Positions 9,919 through 19,249 of a stretch of DNA of 32,000 bases are shown here, one piece after another; position 1 is the first letter of the stretch, and each line of letters starts with the position of its first letter. The notes under the pieces were generated by a model, which was not told the DNA's origin, ran no database searches, and worked only from the letters and a program-made list of their open reading frames with translations. Location: contig JBHLMI010000019.1 of NCBI GenBank assembly GCA_048938295.1, positions 1 through 32,000 on the forward strand, written 5' to 3'. A program made the position numbers and the translations under genes. The DNA is from Promethearchaeota archaeon. GTDB lineage: Archaea > Asgardarchaeota > Hermodarchaeia > Hermodarchaeales > Hermodarchaeaceae.

Positions 9919-11928
9919 CTAGAAACGCTTCGTCTGCAGCCCCAAGTACGCCTCAATCTCATTGATAAGGTCACGTAGGTCTGCCGCTCGTTCGAATTCT
10001 AGTTCTTCTGCAGCCTGAAGCATCTCTTCACGTAGTTCGACAATCAACAGGGCGAGATCACTTTCATTCGCAGTACGCCAGTTTTTAGGTACTTTTACCT
10101 GCGCCCGTGAACTCGCGGTAACACGTTCCACTCCTTCAGCGATATCAGTAATTGATTTCACAATTGTTGTGGGGGTGATGCCGTGTTCCTTGTTGTATTT
10201 GAGCTGCATGGCCCGGCGTCGGTTGTTTTCTGTGATCGCCCGAGTCATAGAATCAGTCATACGATCCGCATACAAGATCACTGTCCCGCTGACATTCCGG
10301 CTCGCCCGCCCCATGATTTGAATCAAGCTGGTATCGGAGCGGAGAAAACCTTCCTTGTCCGCATCGAGAATCGCAACAAGTGATACTTCTGGTAAGTCCA
10401 GGCCTTCCCGGAGCAAATTAATACCAACAACTACCTCGTGTTTCCCTTGGCGTAGGTTCCGTAGTACCTCGATTCGCTCAAGGGTGCCGATTTCAGAGTG
10501 AAGATATTCGGCTTTAACCCCAGCATGAACCATGTAATCCGCTAAGTCTTCGGCCATACGTTTTGTTAGAGTAGTCACTAAGGCGCGTTCATCTTTTTTA
10601 GCTCGAATTCGGATCTCTCCCAACAAATCTTCGATTTGGCCTTCTGTGGGTCGCACGATGATTTCAGGATCCACTAGCCCGGTGGGCCGGATGATTTGTT
10701 CTACCACTTTGTCTGAATGTTTTCGTTCATAACTTGAAGGGGTGGCAGACGTGTAGAGAACGGTGCGCATGTAGGGCTCAAATTCTTCGAAGGTTAAGGG
10801 ACGATTGTCAAATGCAGAGGGTAATCGAAAGCCGTAATCTACGAGGTTTCGTTTTCGGGATAAGTCACCATAATACATCCCTCCAATTTGTGGCACAGTG
10901 ATGTGGGACTCATCAATTACAAGGAGGAAGTCCTCAGGGTAATGATCTAATAGGCAGTAGGGTTTCTGTCCTTGTTTGCGTCCATCAAAGTAGCGCGAAT
11001 AGTTCTCGATGCCACCAGTCCATCCTACGGAGCGCATCATCTCGATGTCATATTTCACGCGTCGTCGTAGTCGGTCAGCTTCTAGGATTTTCTCTTGAGC
11101 CTCGAGTTCCTTCAGTCGTTCCTCGAGTTCGTCTTCGATTTGTTCCAAGATTTCAGGAAGGATCCGCTGGTCGGTGGTAAACTGCTTTGCAGGGAAGATT
11201 TTGATCTTTTCGCGTTCGTAGAGCACTGTTCCTTTGATTGGAGCAATGTCGGCGATGCGTTCAATAGTATCACCAAATGTTTCAAGGCGAACTGGATGAT
11301 TGGCATAGGCTGGGAAGACCTCGATCACGTCACCACGAACGCGGAAGGTTCCTCGGTGGAAGTCAAAATCATTTCGGGTATAATTGATGTGGACTAACCG
11401 GGCGAAGAGCTCATCACGTTGAATCTCTTGGCCCTGTGCAAGCTCCACGACTAGGTTTCGATAGGAGCCGGGGGCCCCGATGCCATAAATGCAGGAGACG
11501 GTGGCAACGATGAGCACATCCCTTCGGACGGCAAGAGAGGCAACCGCCGATAGGCGCATCCGTTCTACTTCTTCGTTAATCGAGGCGTCTTTTTCGATGT
11601 AGGTATCTGATGTGGGCATGTACGCTTCGGGTTGAAAGTAATCGTAATAAGAGGTGTAGTATTCTACGGCGTTCTCGGGGAAATATTCCCGAAACATGCT
11701 TGTGAGTTGTGCGGCAAGGGTTTTGTTAGGGGAAATGACCAGTGTTGGTTTCTGGAGGGCTTCCACAACAGAGGCCACCGTGAAGGTTTTGCCAGAGCCT
11801 GTCACGCCTAAGAGTGTCTGTTGGCGTTTACCCTCTTTATAGCTTTTAATGATCTTCTGGATGGCTTTGGGTTGATCACCACGTGGGGTATAATCTGGAT
11901 TGAGTTCGAACCTACGCGAAGTGGCCAC
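9919..11928 (-). CDS. uvrB: Excinuclease ABC subunit B
   Basis: PRGDQPKAI, LLGVTGSGKTFT, beta-hairpin YYDYFQPEAY, DESH, GINLLREGLDLPEV, GRASRN and C-terminal UVR (LEFERAADLRD); GTG start with GGGAGG upstream. Confidence 0.98.
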   Translation of the reverse strand: MATSRRFELNPDYTPRGDQPKAIQKIIKSYKEGKRQQTLLGVTGSGKTFTVASVVEALQKPTLVISPNKTLAAQLTSMFREYFPENAVEYYTSYYDYFQPEAYMPTSDTYIEKDASINEEVERMRLSAVASLAVRRDVLIVATVSCIYGIGAPGSYRNLVVELAQGQEIQRDELFARLVHINYTRNDFDFHRGTFRVRGDVIEVFPAYANHPVRLETFGDTIERIADIAPIKGTVLYEREKIKIFPAKQFTTDQRILPEILEQIEDELEERLKELEAQEKILEADRLRRRVKYDIEMMRSVGWTGGIENYSRYFDGRKQGQKPYCLLDHYPEDFLLVIDESHITVPQIGGMYYGDLSRKRNLVDYGFRLPSAFDNRPLTFEEFEPYMRTVLYTSATPSSYERKHSDKVVEQIIRPTGLVDPEIIVRPTEGQIEDLLGEIRIRAKKDERALVTTLTKRMAEDLADYMVHAGVKAEYLHSEIGTLERIEVLRNLRQGKHEVVVGINLLREGLDLPEVSLVAILDADKEGFLRSDTSLIQIMGRASRNVSGTVILYADRMTDSMTRAITENNRRRAMQLKYNKEHGITPTTIVKSITDIAEGVERVTASSRAQVKVPKNWRTANESDLALLIVELREEMLQAAEELEFERAADLRDLINEIEAYLGLQTKRF

Positions 11929-12030
11929 TTAGTCGTCGCGCCTCCCAACTCTGAGGAAGCGCATTAGCCTTTATGATTTTTGCGGAGTGTCATCCATAAG
12001 TAATGATCATGACGAAGGTATAATATCCAC

Positions 12031-13236
12031 TTAGAAGGTATAGGGATTGTATAGCGGTAGTTGTGGGAACCAGCCGTGGATGAGTTTCCGGGTGGAGTCG
12101 CTTATCCCCTTTATCCATCCATTATACTCAAGGGCTTCAATGGAATGAGTACCGTAGACAAGGGCACTAAGTCCCTGGATTGAGGTTTCGAGTTGGGCAC
12201 TCCGTTTTGTCATACTCACGTCGAGTTGGTCATTAGTTGATTTGAGTAGGTAAGTGCCGTTATTCCAGCCACACTGAGAATCTGTCAGTGTAAGAATGAG
12301 TTCGCCGTCAGTTGATACTGGAAGTCCTTTAAGAGCTTCTTTGGCGTCAATGACACGTACCATCCAAGGGTGCCAGACCTTGATTTCAATCCAGTCTTGG
12401 AGGTGTTCGAACCAGTGTTGAAAATCTGTTCCATAGGGCAAAATCATGTGGATGGTTTGGATTTGATCCCGGTGTTTGCCTAAAAAATTAAAGAGGACGG
12501 CTTGAGCTTGGAGGGAGCGCCAGTACATTTCTCTGATTGTGAGTTCGCCTTGTTCGAAGTGCATGTACCCTTTGAGTGTGTAACGAGCGAGGGCTTCGAC
12601 TTTACCGGCTTTTTTAATGAAGACGTAGTGATGGTCTTTGTTGCGGCGGCGCCATTCCTCATCCCGGATTGAAGGGTTGTATGCATATCCATGAAACTTG
12701 GTAAGTGCGAAGGCTTTGATGAAAGTCATATAGAGTTCTTTGGCTTCGTGTCCTGGAAGTCGTTCAACTGTCCATTCATCGCCAATCATACTATCTGATG
12801 GTACACGTAGGCCACTCATAGGAGCTTTCAATCGGAATTTGTCACACGCAGGGGCATATCCAAGGTGTGTGTAGAAGGATTCTCGGAAGGGTTCAAGCAT
12901 GCTTACTGAGAGTTCAGTTTCCTTCATTTCAAGAAAAGCGCTTTGCATGATTGATCGGACATAGCCTTTCATCCGGTTTTCCGGATTGGTGCAGATCATG
13001 GAAAGACCGCCCATGCCCTTAAGAATGCCGCGAATTGATTGCTGGGTACGCATAATAGTGGCAACCGAAACGAGAGTATCGTTCTCAAAAAGTCCGATGC
13101 TATTTTCAGGAATCATAAAATTGTGGTCTTCATCACGGACATCTTGGTCTGTCCAAAACCCGTAGGAGTATTGATGGAGTTTGATGACATTAATCATGTC
13201 CTCTTTGGTGAGTTTTCGGATTTCCATTTGCATCAC
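12031..13236 (-). CDS. Eis-like GNAT acetyltransferase (tandem GNAT plus SCP2-like C-terminus), paralog 1
   Basis: Acetyl-CoA motif ICTNPENRMKGY, then PFRESFYTHLGY, WMVRVID...AL, D..CGWNNGTY and a terminal YTF; 401 aa. Confidence 0.85.
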   Translation of the reverse strand: MMQMEIRKLTKEDMINVIKLHQYSYGFWTDQDVRDEDHNFMIPENSIGLFENDTLVSVATIMRTQQSIRGILKGMGGLSMICTNPENRMKGYVRSIMQSAFLEMKETELSVSMLEPFRESFYTHLGYAPACDKFRLKAPMSGLRVPSDSMIGDEWTVERLPGHEAKELYMTFIKAFALTKFHGYAYNPSIRDEEWRRRNKDHHYVFIKKAGKVEALARYTLKGYMHFEQGELTIREMYWRSLQAQAVLFNFLGKHRDQIQTIHMILPYGTDFQHWFEHLQDWIEIKVWHPWMVRVIDAKEALKGLPVSTDGELILTLTDSQCGWNNGTYLLKSTNDQLDVSMTKRSAQLETSIQGLSALVYGTHSIEALEYNGWIKGISDSTRKLIHGWFPQLPLYNPYTF

Positions 13237-13461
13237 CTATTTTTATGTATTTGTGGATTTCAGATGTCTTATATGGAGTGGTTTGTTAAAATTGTCTATA
13301 GGGCAGACGGGAAAAGTTGGTAGTTGAATCGGAGTTGGTTCCTCTGGAATTTTACACTGAAGAAAAAATGAAAGCGTCAAAGATAAATCTGCACTAAAGG
13401 AGGTAATGTCCTCGGTAATGAAGAGCTAACAGAATGCACTTACTTTAGAAGAGTAGTTGCA

Positions 13462-14214
13462 CTATTTTTTGGTGATAAACCAAACACGTTTACTCTCAGG
13501 AGTATATTGGAGACCTTCTTCGAGGTTGCCATAACAGGCGATTTCAGTGAGTCCTGCATTGTTCAAGCAGGAACGAATTTCGTTAATTGTATATCCGCGC
13601 TCATGATGCGTTTCTTCAACTTGGCGTCTCCAGCAGCCATTATCCTTGATGAAACCAGTGATTTCAAAGGTGGCAATACGAGTATCTTCATCGTAGGAAT
13701 GCCGATGAACTTGGAAAATGCGCTCTGTTTCTCGTTCAAGTGTTACCGCATAGCGCTGGGCAAGAGTAGCCAACCAATAGATTGTATTCATATCAAAGAC
13801 AAAGTGACTGCCCGATTCTAAGTGCTGTGCCACACAGTTGAAGGTGCTCTCAAGGTCGTCAAGGGCGAGAAGGTAGTTGAGGCTGTCAAACCAGCATGTA
13901 ACTAAATCAAAGGTGGTGTTGAGTTTGAAGTGTTGCATATCCATTTCATAAAAAGGAATTGTTACATCTGCGGCTTGGGCTTTCTTGCGGGCAAGGTTGA
14001 GCATATCTGATGATCGGTCAATACCTGTAACTCTGAACCCTGCTTTCGCCATGGCTACAGCGAAGGTTCCCTCACCACATGCTAGATCCAAGATTGTGTT
14101 AGGTTGCATCTGAAACTTGTCTATTAGTGATGGGAGGAGCTGTGCCATTCTTGCGCTAAATTCGGGAAAATCTCCTGATGTGTACAGCTGGGCAAATTCA
14201 TGATATATCTTCAC
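13462..14214 (-). CDS. Class I SAM-dependent methyltransferase
   Basis: Motif I ILDLACGEG, GIDRSSDML, DM..F...TFDLVTC.FDSLNYL and HLESGSHFVFD. Confidence 0.9.
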   Translation of the reverse strand: MKIYHEFAQLYTSGDFPEFSARMAQLLPSLIDKFQMQPNTILDLACGEGTFAVAMAKAGFRVTGIDRSSDMLNLARKKAQAADVTIPFYEMDMQHFKLNTTFDLVTCWFDSLNYLLALDDLESTFNCVAQHLESGSHFVFDMNTIYWLATLAQRYAVTLERETERIFQVHRHSYDEDTRIATFEITGFIKDNGCWRRQVEETHHERGYTINEIRSCLNNAGLTEIACYGNLEEGLQYTPESKRVWFITKK

Positions 14215-14227
14215 ATTGGGACCCTGT

Positions 14228-16162
14228 TCATGAGCTTATTTTTCCGAAGTGGGATTCATAAAAGGTTTGGATTGCTTTTTCTGACGGAAGGGTAACCTTA
14301 CGCCACACGTTGATAATTGGTTGCAACTTGTCTAAGTGTTCTTGACTGGAAAACAGGTTGGTTAGGTAGTTGGTGCGTTCATCAATATCGCGTTGGCAGA
14401 ACGCCAAGTATTCTTTGGGTGAATAGTAGCGGAGTGGATTGAACCGTTTCCGATAATTGGAGAGTCCATGGGTTTCTTCCAGTTCAGTGGGATCTGGAAT
14501 CAGATAGGCGTCACCGAAGACCGGGTGTGGATGCCATGTCTTAATTTCACGTGTTTCCGTTAGTTTGACAAGGAGTTTAGTGTCGCTAACTTTGATTTTT
14601 TCACCTATGCCAAGGTATTCAGGTTTCCCTTGAGCGTTTAGATATGGTTTCCCGGTGGCTTCATCGATTTTCGGTACGGCGTGACCTTTCTCATCAAGGC
14701 GTCGACGTTGTTGTCCTGCGAGGTCATACTCGCCTACATAACCTGAATTCACGATGGCGAATACGAGTTGTCCATCAAGGTCAAGGTTCATGTCAGTGTA
14801 CATGTCTAGTTTGAGGAGTGCTTGGTGGCTTTGTTCTCGGGCCATGAAATCGGTTGCGGCATATGAGCGGACTCGGGTTCCAGGTATCTTTCCACCAATA
14901 GCTGAGGTAATCACTGATTCACAGGCAGAATCAAGAGCGACTGCCATGATGGGGTCAGTGATGCGAACGACTAAGGGGAAGATGTCAAATCGCCGAAATG
15001 ACAACATTTCTGTACGCAGTTTCTTCGGTGAACCCGGTTTCCAGTCGGGATTCAGGTCAAAGAAGCGGAAGACGAATCGACCATTGGTAGTTCCCGATTG
15101 CTCGTAACGTGTTGGTTGCAGGTGGCCCACCCGTTGACCCGGGAGTGCTCGGGGAACCTTGACTGAATATCCAGTGATTTCTTCCACCCGATATTCAATT
15201 CCTTCACAATCAATGTTTTGGGCGAGAACAACCGGCCTGGATCCATCTGGCCGGATTTGTTTGGACTTCATGAGTCCAGGCCATTCGGGGCTATCAGGGA
15301 CCAATCCCTCACTCTTCGCATAGGAAGCGGCTTCAAGTCCGATTAATTGTACCTCAGTGATCTTGGACGTAGCATTATGTTTGAGTAATCCAAGGACAGC
15401 ATCATCTTGTTCAAGTTGAGGGCCTACAGTAAGAGTCGTTTTACCAGTGCCCGAGAGACCTTTGAGAACACGGCTACTAGTGCAGCCGGCATGATAGGAT
15501 ATGCAGCCATCAGCTTCCCCGCGATTCCAGACCAGGGTCAAGTTGGGTTTCTTGTAAGCCCCACCAAAATAATCGATCCGTAGACTCATCACCCGACGAT
15601 GATCTTCGTCCATACGAGTCAAGTCATACAATGTAAGGGGTTCATCGGGGTCAAATTCTGGCCAGAAAGATTGAATTTCACGAATTACATTTGCGGGTAA
15701 GCGTTCTTGCACAATATAGTTCCAGCAATTGATTTCCATATTCTCCTCTGGTGGGTAAATCATCAAACGGCCAAACCAAGTGATATAAGCGGTATGAGGA
15801 TTCTCCACGCTGAGTACAATTCGAAGCCCCGTCTTATATTCACCTTCCCCTTGAATTCCGTCTTGGACGATGACTTTGGCAGTTTTGAGATATCGGAGAA
15901 CAACATCATAGAGTTGGAGTCCGATTTTCCGGTCGAAGCTGCGTTGACCTTTTCCCAGTTTATACCCTTTGGGAATAATGTAGAAGGCACGATCGGGTCG
16001 TCGTCCTGCCTGTGTGTTACCGAAGAGATATTGTCCGTCAACGGTTTGGACATAATACGGTTTGAGGTAGTGGGTAAACCATTGGTCGTCTGGATTGTAA
16101 AAGACCTGCTTTTCATCAATGTACAAGTCATCTTCAATATGTATCGGCACCATATTGCCCAC
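14228..16162 (-). CDS. pckA: Divergent ATP-dependent-type phosphoenolpyruvate carboxykinase
   Basis: Kinase-1a GLSGTGKTTL, AGRRP (GRSP-like), GGAYKK (GEMKK-like), YHAG (metal His), QDD (GDD-like), EAASYAK (EGGCYAK-like) and TNGR (NTR-like), all in the PckA order. Confidence 0.7.
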   Translation of the reverse strand: MGNMVPIHIEDDLYIDEKQVFYNPDDQWFTHYLKPYYVQTVDGQYLFGNTQAGRRPDRAFYIIPKGYKLGKGQRSFDRKIGLQLYDVVLRYLKTAKVIVQDGIQGEGEYKTGLRIVLSVENPHTAYITWFGRLMIYPPEENMEINCWNYIVQERLPANVIREIQSFWPEFDPDEPLTLYDLTRMDEDHRRVMSLRIDYFGGAYKKPNLTLVWNRGEADGCISYHAGCTSSRVLKGLSGTGKTTLTVGPQLEQDDAVLGLLKHNATSKITEVQLIGLEAASYAKSEGLVPDSPEWPGLMKSKQIRPDGSRPVVLAQNIDCEGIEYRVEEITGYSVKVPRALPGQRVGHLQPTRYEQSGTTNGRFVFRFFDLNPDWKPGSPKKLRTEMLSFRRFDIFPLVVRITDPIMAVALDSACESVITSAIGGKIPGTRVRSYAATDFMAREQSHQALLKLDMYTDMNLDLDGQLVFAIVNSGYVGEYDLAGQQRRRLDEKGHAVPKIDEATGKPYLNAQGKPEYLGIGEKIKVSDTKLLVKLTETREIKTWHPHPVFGDAYLIPDPTELEETHGLSNYRKRFNPLRYYSPKEYLAFCQRDIDERTNYLTNLFSSQEHLDKLQPIINVWRKVTLPSEKAIQTFYESHFGKISS

Positions 16163-16283
16163 CCTTGCAGCCTATTGGTTTCGTGTGTGACCCCTTTTAT
16201 AACTAGAAGTTTGCTTCAAATTGTGAGATTCCAAGCACCATCACTTCTCCTATTCATGAATGTTGGCTGACTTGACAAAGCAG

Positions 16284-16289
16284 TTATAA
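16284..16289 (+). promoter_or_regulatory. Archaeal TATA box (TTATAA) with A-rich upstream BRE-like sequence, for queT
   Basis: caaagcagTTATAAg. The usual ~25 nt spacing places the start site at ~16310-16314, where the structured leader begins. Confidence 0.55.
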
Positions 16290-16312
16290 GGAGTGAAGGC
16301 GTGGCGATGTCC

Positions 16313-16373
16313 GAGCGGGTGGGTTCCTCGCACCGAGTTCCGCTCATTTAAATAAATCCCGGGCTGCGAGGTG
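16313..16373 (+). ncRNA. Candidate translational riboswitch (pseudoknot sequestering the SD) in the queT 5' UTR
   Basis: Stem GAGCGG(16313-18)/CCGCTC(16340-45), an A/U-rich linker, and loop CCTCGCA(16326-32) complementary to TGCGAGG(16365-71), which overlaps SD GAGGTG(16368-73). Confidence 0.5.
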
Positions 16374-16381
16374 TCATTGTC

Positions 16382-16885
16382 ATGAAACGAGCTAATTTAA
16401 ATCGTACTCAAAGCATTGCCCTGATGGCAATTATGGCTGCCGTATATGCAGCGGTCACTATTGCCTTAGGATCCCTCAGCTATTATGGCATCCAATTTCG
16501 TATTGCTGATATACTTTTACCATTCCCTTTCATCCTTGGCTGGCCAATGGCGCTAGCCCTGTTTATCGGGGGGTTTGTTGCCAATATCTTTGGTGGATTA
16601 GGAGCCATTGATGTTGTTTTTGGGAGTCTCCTTAATCTGCTAGCGGGTATATTGGTGATGAACAGGAAAACCTGCCCCTATTGGTTCCTCGCCTGGTTGT
16701 ACCCCACCCTTATCATCGGATTGGGCGTCCCAGCCTATCTTCAGTTTCTGGTCTTCACGCCCTACATTCTCCTGATGCCCGGCATCCTCATCAGCACCGC
16801 TATCCTGTGTGCCATTGGTGTGGTCGTGATGTTTGCCGTTGAGAGGGCATTACCCCAAATCTTCATCAATTCGACAGAATCCTGA
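16382..16885 (+). CDS. queT: QueT-family (7-deazaguanine precursor) transporter, ECF S-component-like
   Basis: 'ALMAIMAAVYAAVT....LSYYGIQFRIAD' and 'GGFVANIFG.LG.IDVVFGSL' match QueT; 167 aa hydrophobic; SD GAGGTG. Confidence 0.85.
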   Translation: MKRANLNRTQSIALMAIMAAVYAAVTIALGSLSYYGIQFRIADILLPFPFILGWPMALALFIGGFVANIFGGLGAIDVVFGSLLNLLAGILVMNRKTCPYWFLAWLYPTLIIGLGVPAYLQFLVFTPYILLMPGILISTAILCAIGVVVMFAVERALPQIFINSTES

Positions 16886-16916
16886 TTCTGGCGAAGCATA
16901 AAATAGTAGTATATCC

Positions 16917-18416
16917 TTGCCCTTCGGCTATCCGAATGAGTCGCTTCCAGGGATGCCTATGGATGCCAAGACCTTTCAGCAGTTCGAAGAGTTCATCCAC
17001 TCCAAATCTGTCGCTTTAATTGGTACGAGCCGCTCAGCTGGTTTCTACTGGTTCAAATCTTTTCTCAATTTTGGTTTTCCCGGAAAGCTCTACCCGGTGA
17101 ATCCACGGGTTGATGAAGCCCTGGGATACAAGTTCTACAAGTCGATGAGTGAGATCTCTGACCCCGTGGATTATGCCATTTTACGGGTTCCAGCCACGAG
17201 CGTGTTGCAGGTGTTGGATGAGTGCATCGCGAAGGATGTCAAGTGTGTCACTATCTTTACTAGTGGTTTCAGTGAACTTGGCACTGAAGAAGGCTGGCAA
17301 CGGGAACGAGCGGTTGCTGAGAAAATTCGGGCTAGCCCCATGCGAGCCTTTGGTCCCAACTGTATGGGTTTGACATGCCCTGAATCATATTTTGCGTTCC
17401 GACCTGACTTGAAACGAAATCCAGGACCTGTAGGCTTCATTTCTCAATCTGGCGGAAAAGCCATTGATGCATATCTTGCGGTAACAGAAACCAAGCTCGG
17501 ATGTAGCAAAGTCTTCAGCTATGGCAACGAGGCCGATATCAGCAGTTGGGAACTGGTCGAATATCTACACCAAGATCCAAAGACCCAAGTAATCGGCATG
17601 TACATCGAAGGTGTACGAGACGGCCCCCGTCTACGCAAGGCCATTGCAGCGTGTGCTCCCGACAAGCCCATCGTCATCTGGAAATCCGGAGTGACAAAAG
17701 AAGGCCAACGAGCTGTGGCCAGCCATAGTGCAGCCTTAGCGGGGTCTACTGATATCTGGAACGCGCTGCTCCGTCAAACAGGCGCAGTTTCCGTGGACAG
17801 TTTTGAACGTCTAGTGAATGCAATTGTCACATTTATTCGCTGTCCACGTCCACCGGGTAAGCGGGTGGCTCTTATCGCAATCAGTGGCGGTGCAGGCGTG
17901 GCAGGCACCGATTCACTCGCCCGTTTTGGTTTTGAGGTGCCCCGGCTAAGTTCAGAAACAATTGAAGCTTTATCCGATGTCATCAGTAGCGTTGGTACAA
18001 ACATCAGAAATCCCGTGGATATGGCCTCCAGCTACTTTTATCCCGAAAACACGGCAGAGACCATTCGACACGTCTCAGAGGATAAAAAAATCGACGCCAT
18101 TATCGTCGAAGCCGCTCCTCACTATGTCAACTTTATAGCTAACCACATGGATCTGCAAGGCATGGCAACCACTTATTGGGACATGATGATTCAAGCCGGT
18201 CAACATTGTGTCCAAGAGCTCCGAAAACCCTTCCTCGTTGCCGTTCCTGCCGTAGGCTACGCCCAAGAAAACTTGGAAACCCGTAACCAGTTCCGTGAAG
18301 CCAACCTTCCCGTCTTCTCAAACATCGCCGAAGCTGCTGATATCCTCAATCTCATTTATCACTACTACCAACGACATCCAGAACTACCTGAACCCCCTGA
18401 TTTACACCGGAGATAA
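16917..18416 (+). CDS. Acyl-CoA synthetase (NDP-forming) alpha-like subunit / CoA-binding protein
   Basis: CoA-binding domain (SVALIG.S, YPVNP, FTSGFSE, GPNCMG), SQSGG, phospho-His motif ASHSAALAGS, AISGGAG and NPVD. The true start may be a downstream ATG (MPMDAK). Confidence 0.88.
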   Translation: MPFGYPNESLPGMPMDAKTFQQFEEFIHSKSVALIGTSRSAGFYWFKSFLNFGFPGKLYPVNPRVDEALGYKFYKSMSEISDPVDYAILRVPATSVLQVLDECIAKDVKCVTIFTSGFSELGTEEGWQRERAVAEKIRASPMRAFGPNCMGLTCPESYFAFRPDLKRNPGPVGFISQSGGKAIDAYLAVTETKLGCSKVFSYGNEADISSWELVEYLHQDPKTQVIGMYIEGVRDGPRLRKAIAACAPDKPIVIWKSGVTKEGQRAVASHSAALAGSTDIWNALLRQTGAVSVDSFERLVNAIVTFIRCPRPPGKRVALIAISGGAGVAGTDSLARFGFEVPRLSSETIEALSDVISSVGTNIRNPVDMASSYFYPENTAETIRHVSEDKKIDAIIVEAAPHYVNFIANHMDLQGMATTYWDMMIQAGQHCVQELRKPFLVAVPAVGYAQENLETRNQFREANLPVFSNIAEAADILNLIYHYYQRHPELPEPPDLHRR

Positions 18417-18620
18417 GCTGTCCACAAAGCTGGGACGAGTCAACAGAATGCCGATTTACGCAAGTTTTTATGACTGTAGGAAAATTTAATTCTTCAGCGC
18501 TGAATGAAATCTTTAAATAAGAAAACTGAGCGCAGTAGATGGGAACAGTGGGTTTGGCGAAAGATAATGGCACTTCCCACAATCTCCCCCTAGAAAACCA
18601 TTCCCTCTCCCCTCCAATTG

Positions 18621-18647
18621 TGTCCTATTAGGACAAATGTCCTTTTT
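18621..18647. repeat. Triple alternating hexamer TGTCCT-att-AGGACA-aa-TGTCCT followed by a T-run
   Basis: Read directly at 18621-26, 18630-35 and 18638-43, then TTTT. Hairpin plus oligo-T is terminator-like. Confidence 0.45.
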
Positions 18648-18735
18648 ATGGAGGTGCCTAATCCGCCAATTTCCCAGTGTTCCTTCTATCATTTTCGTAC
18701 TAGAAAATAGATTAGAGACGAGAACGTGGAGAAGA

Positions 18736-19200
18736 CTATTCGAAGAGTCTGAAAAAGTGCATACGTATTATGGGTGAAAGCTTCTTCTCAGCGATGAGTT
18801 CATCCACAGCTCGCAGGATTTTATCTTGATTGAGTTTACCTTCGTCTCGCATTTGTCGTAACGCTCGTCGAAGAGCCATGGAAGGGCGCATTCGTTTATC
18901 GATGTTTTGTTTTGTGTATTTCCGGAGGATTTTTTCGTCAATTGAACCTTTCTCGATCAGTAACCGTGTGGTGAGGAGAATAGGTACTCGTTGGGGACCT
19001 CTGCGAGCTCGCATCCATGGGTGACGTGCCGCTCGAGTTCTTACTTGTTGGTGTGAGGGAGATGTTGGAGGAACATTGATTGTACCGCAGTATTCACAGA
19101 TAATTGGACTTCCTAGCTGTAAGGATTCAGGAGTAATTTTAGCTCCACATTCAGAGCATTTCAGGGATTTTAGTAGCTGATCGGAGGATTCGTCAGTCAT
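18736..19200 (-). CDS. Hypothetical protein with N-terminal Zn ribbon
   Basis: CSECGA...CEYCG (two CxxC pairs) followed by a basic helical domain; 154 aa. Confidence 0.7.
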   Translation of the reverse strand: MTDESSDQLLKSLKCSECGAKITPESLQLGSPIICEYCGTINVPPTSPSHQQVRTRAARHPWMRARRGPQRVPILLTTRLLIEKGSIDEKILRKYTKQNIDKRMRPSMALRRALRQMRDEGKLNQDKILRAVDELIAEKKLSPIIRMHFFRLFE

Positions 19201-19249
19201 ACCTTGTGTTTTCGAATTTTGGGAACATAAGTCTTTGCTGAGGAATATC

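Noticed and set aside
13397-13428. Strong plus-strand SD AAGGAGGT followed by ATG
   Set aside because: It leads only to a 7-codon frame in the intergenic region; no support for a real gene.
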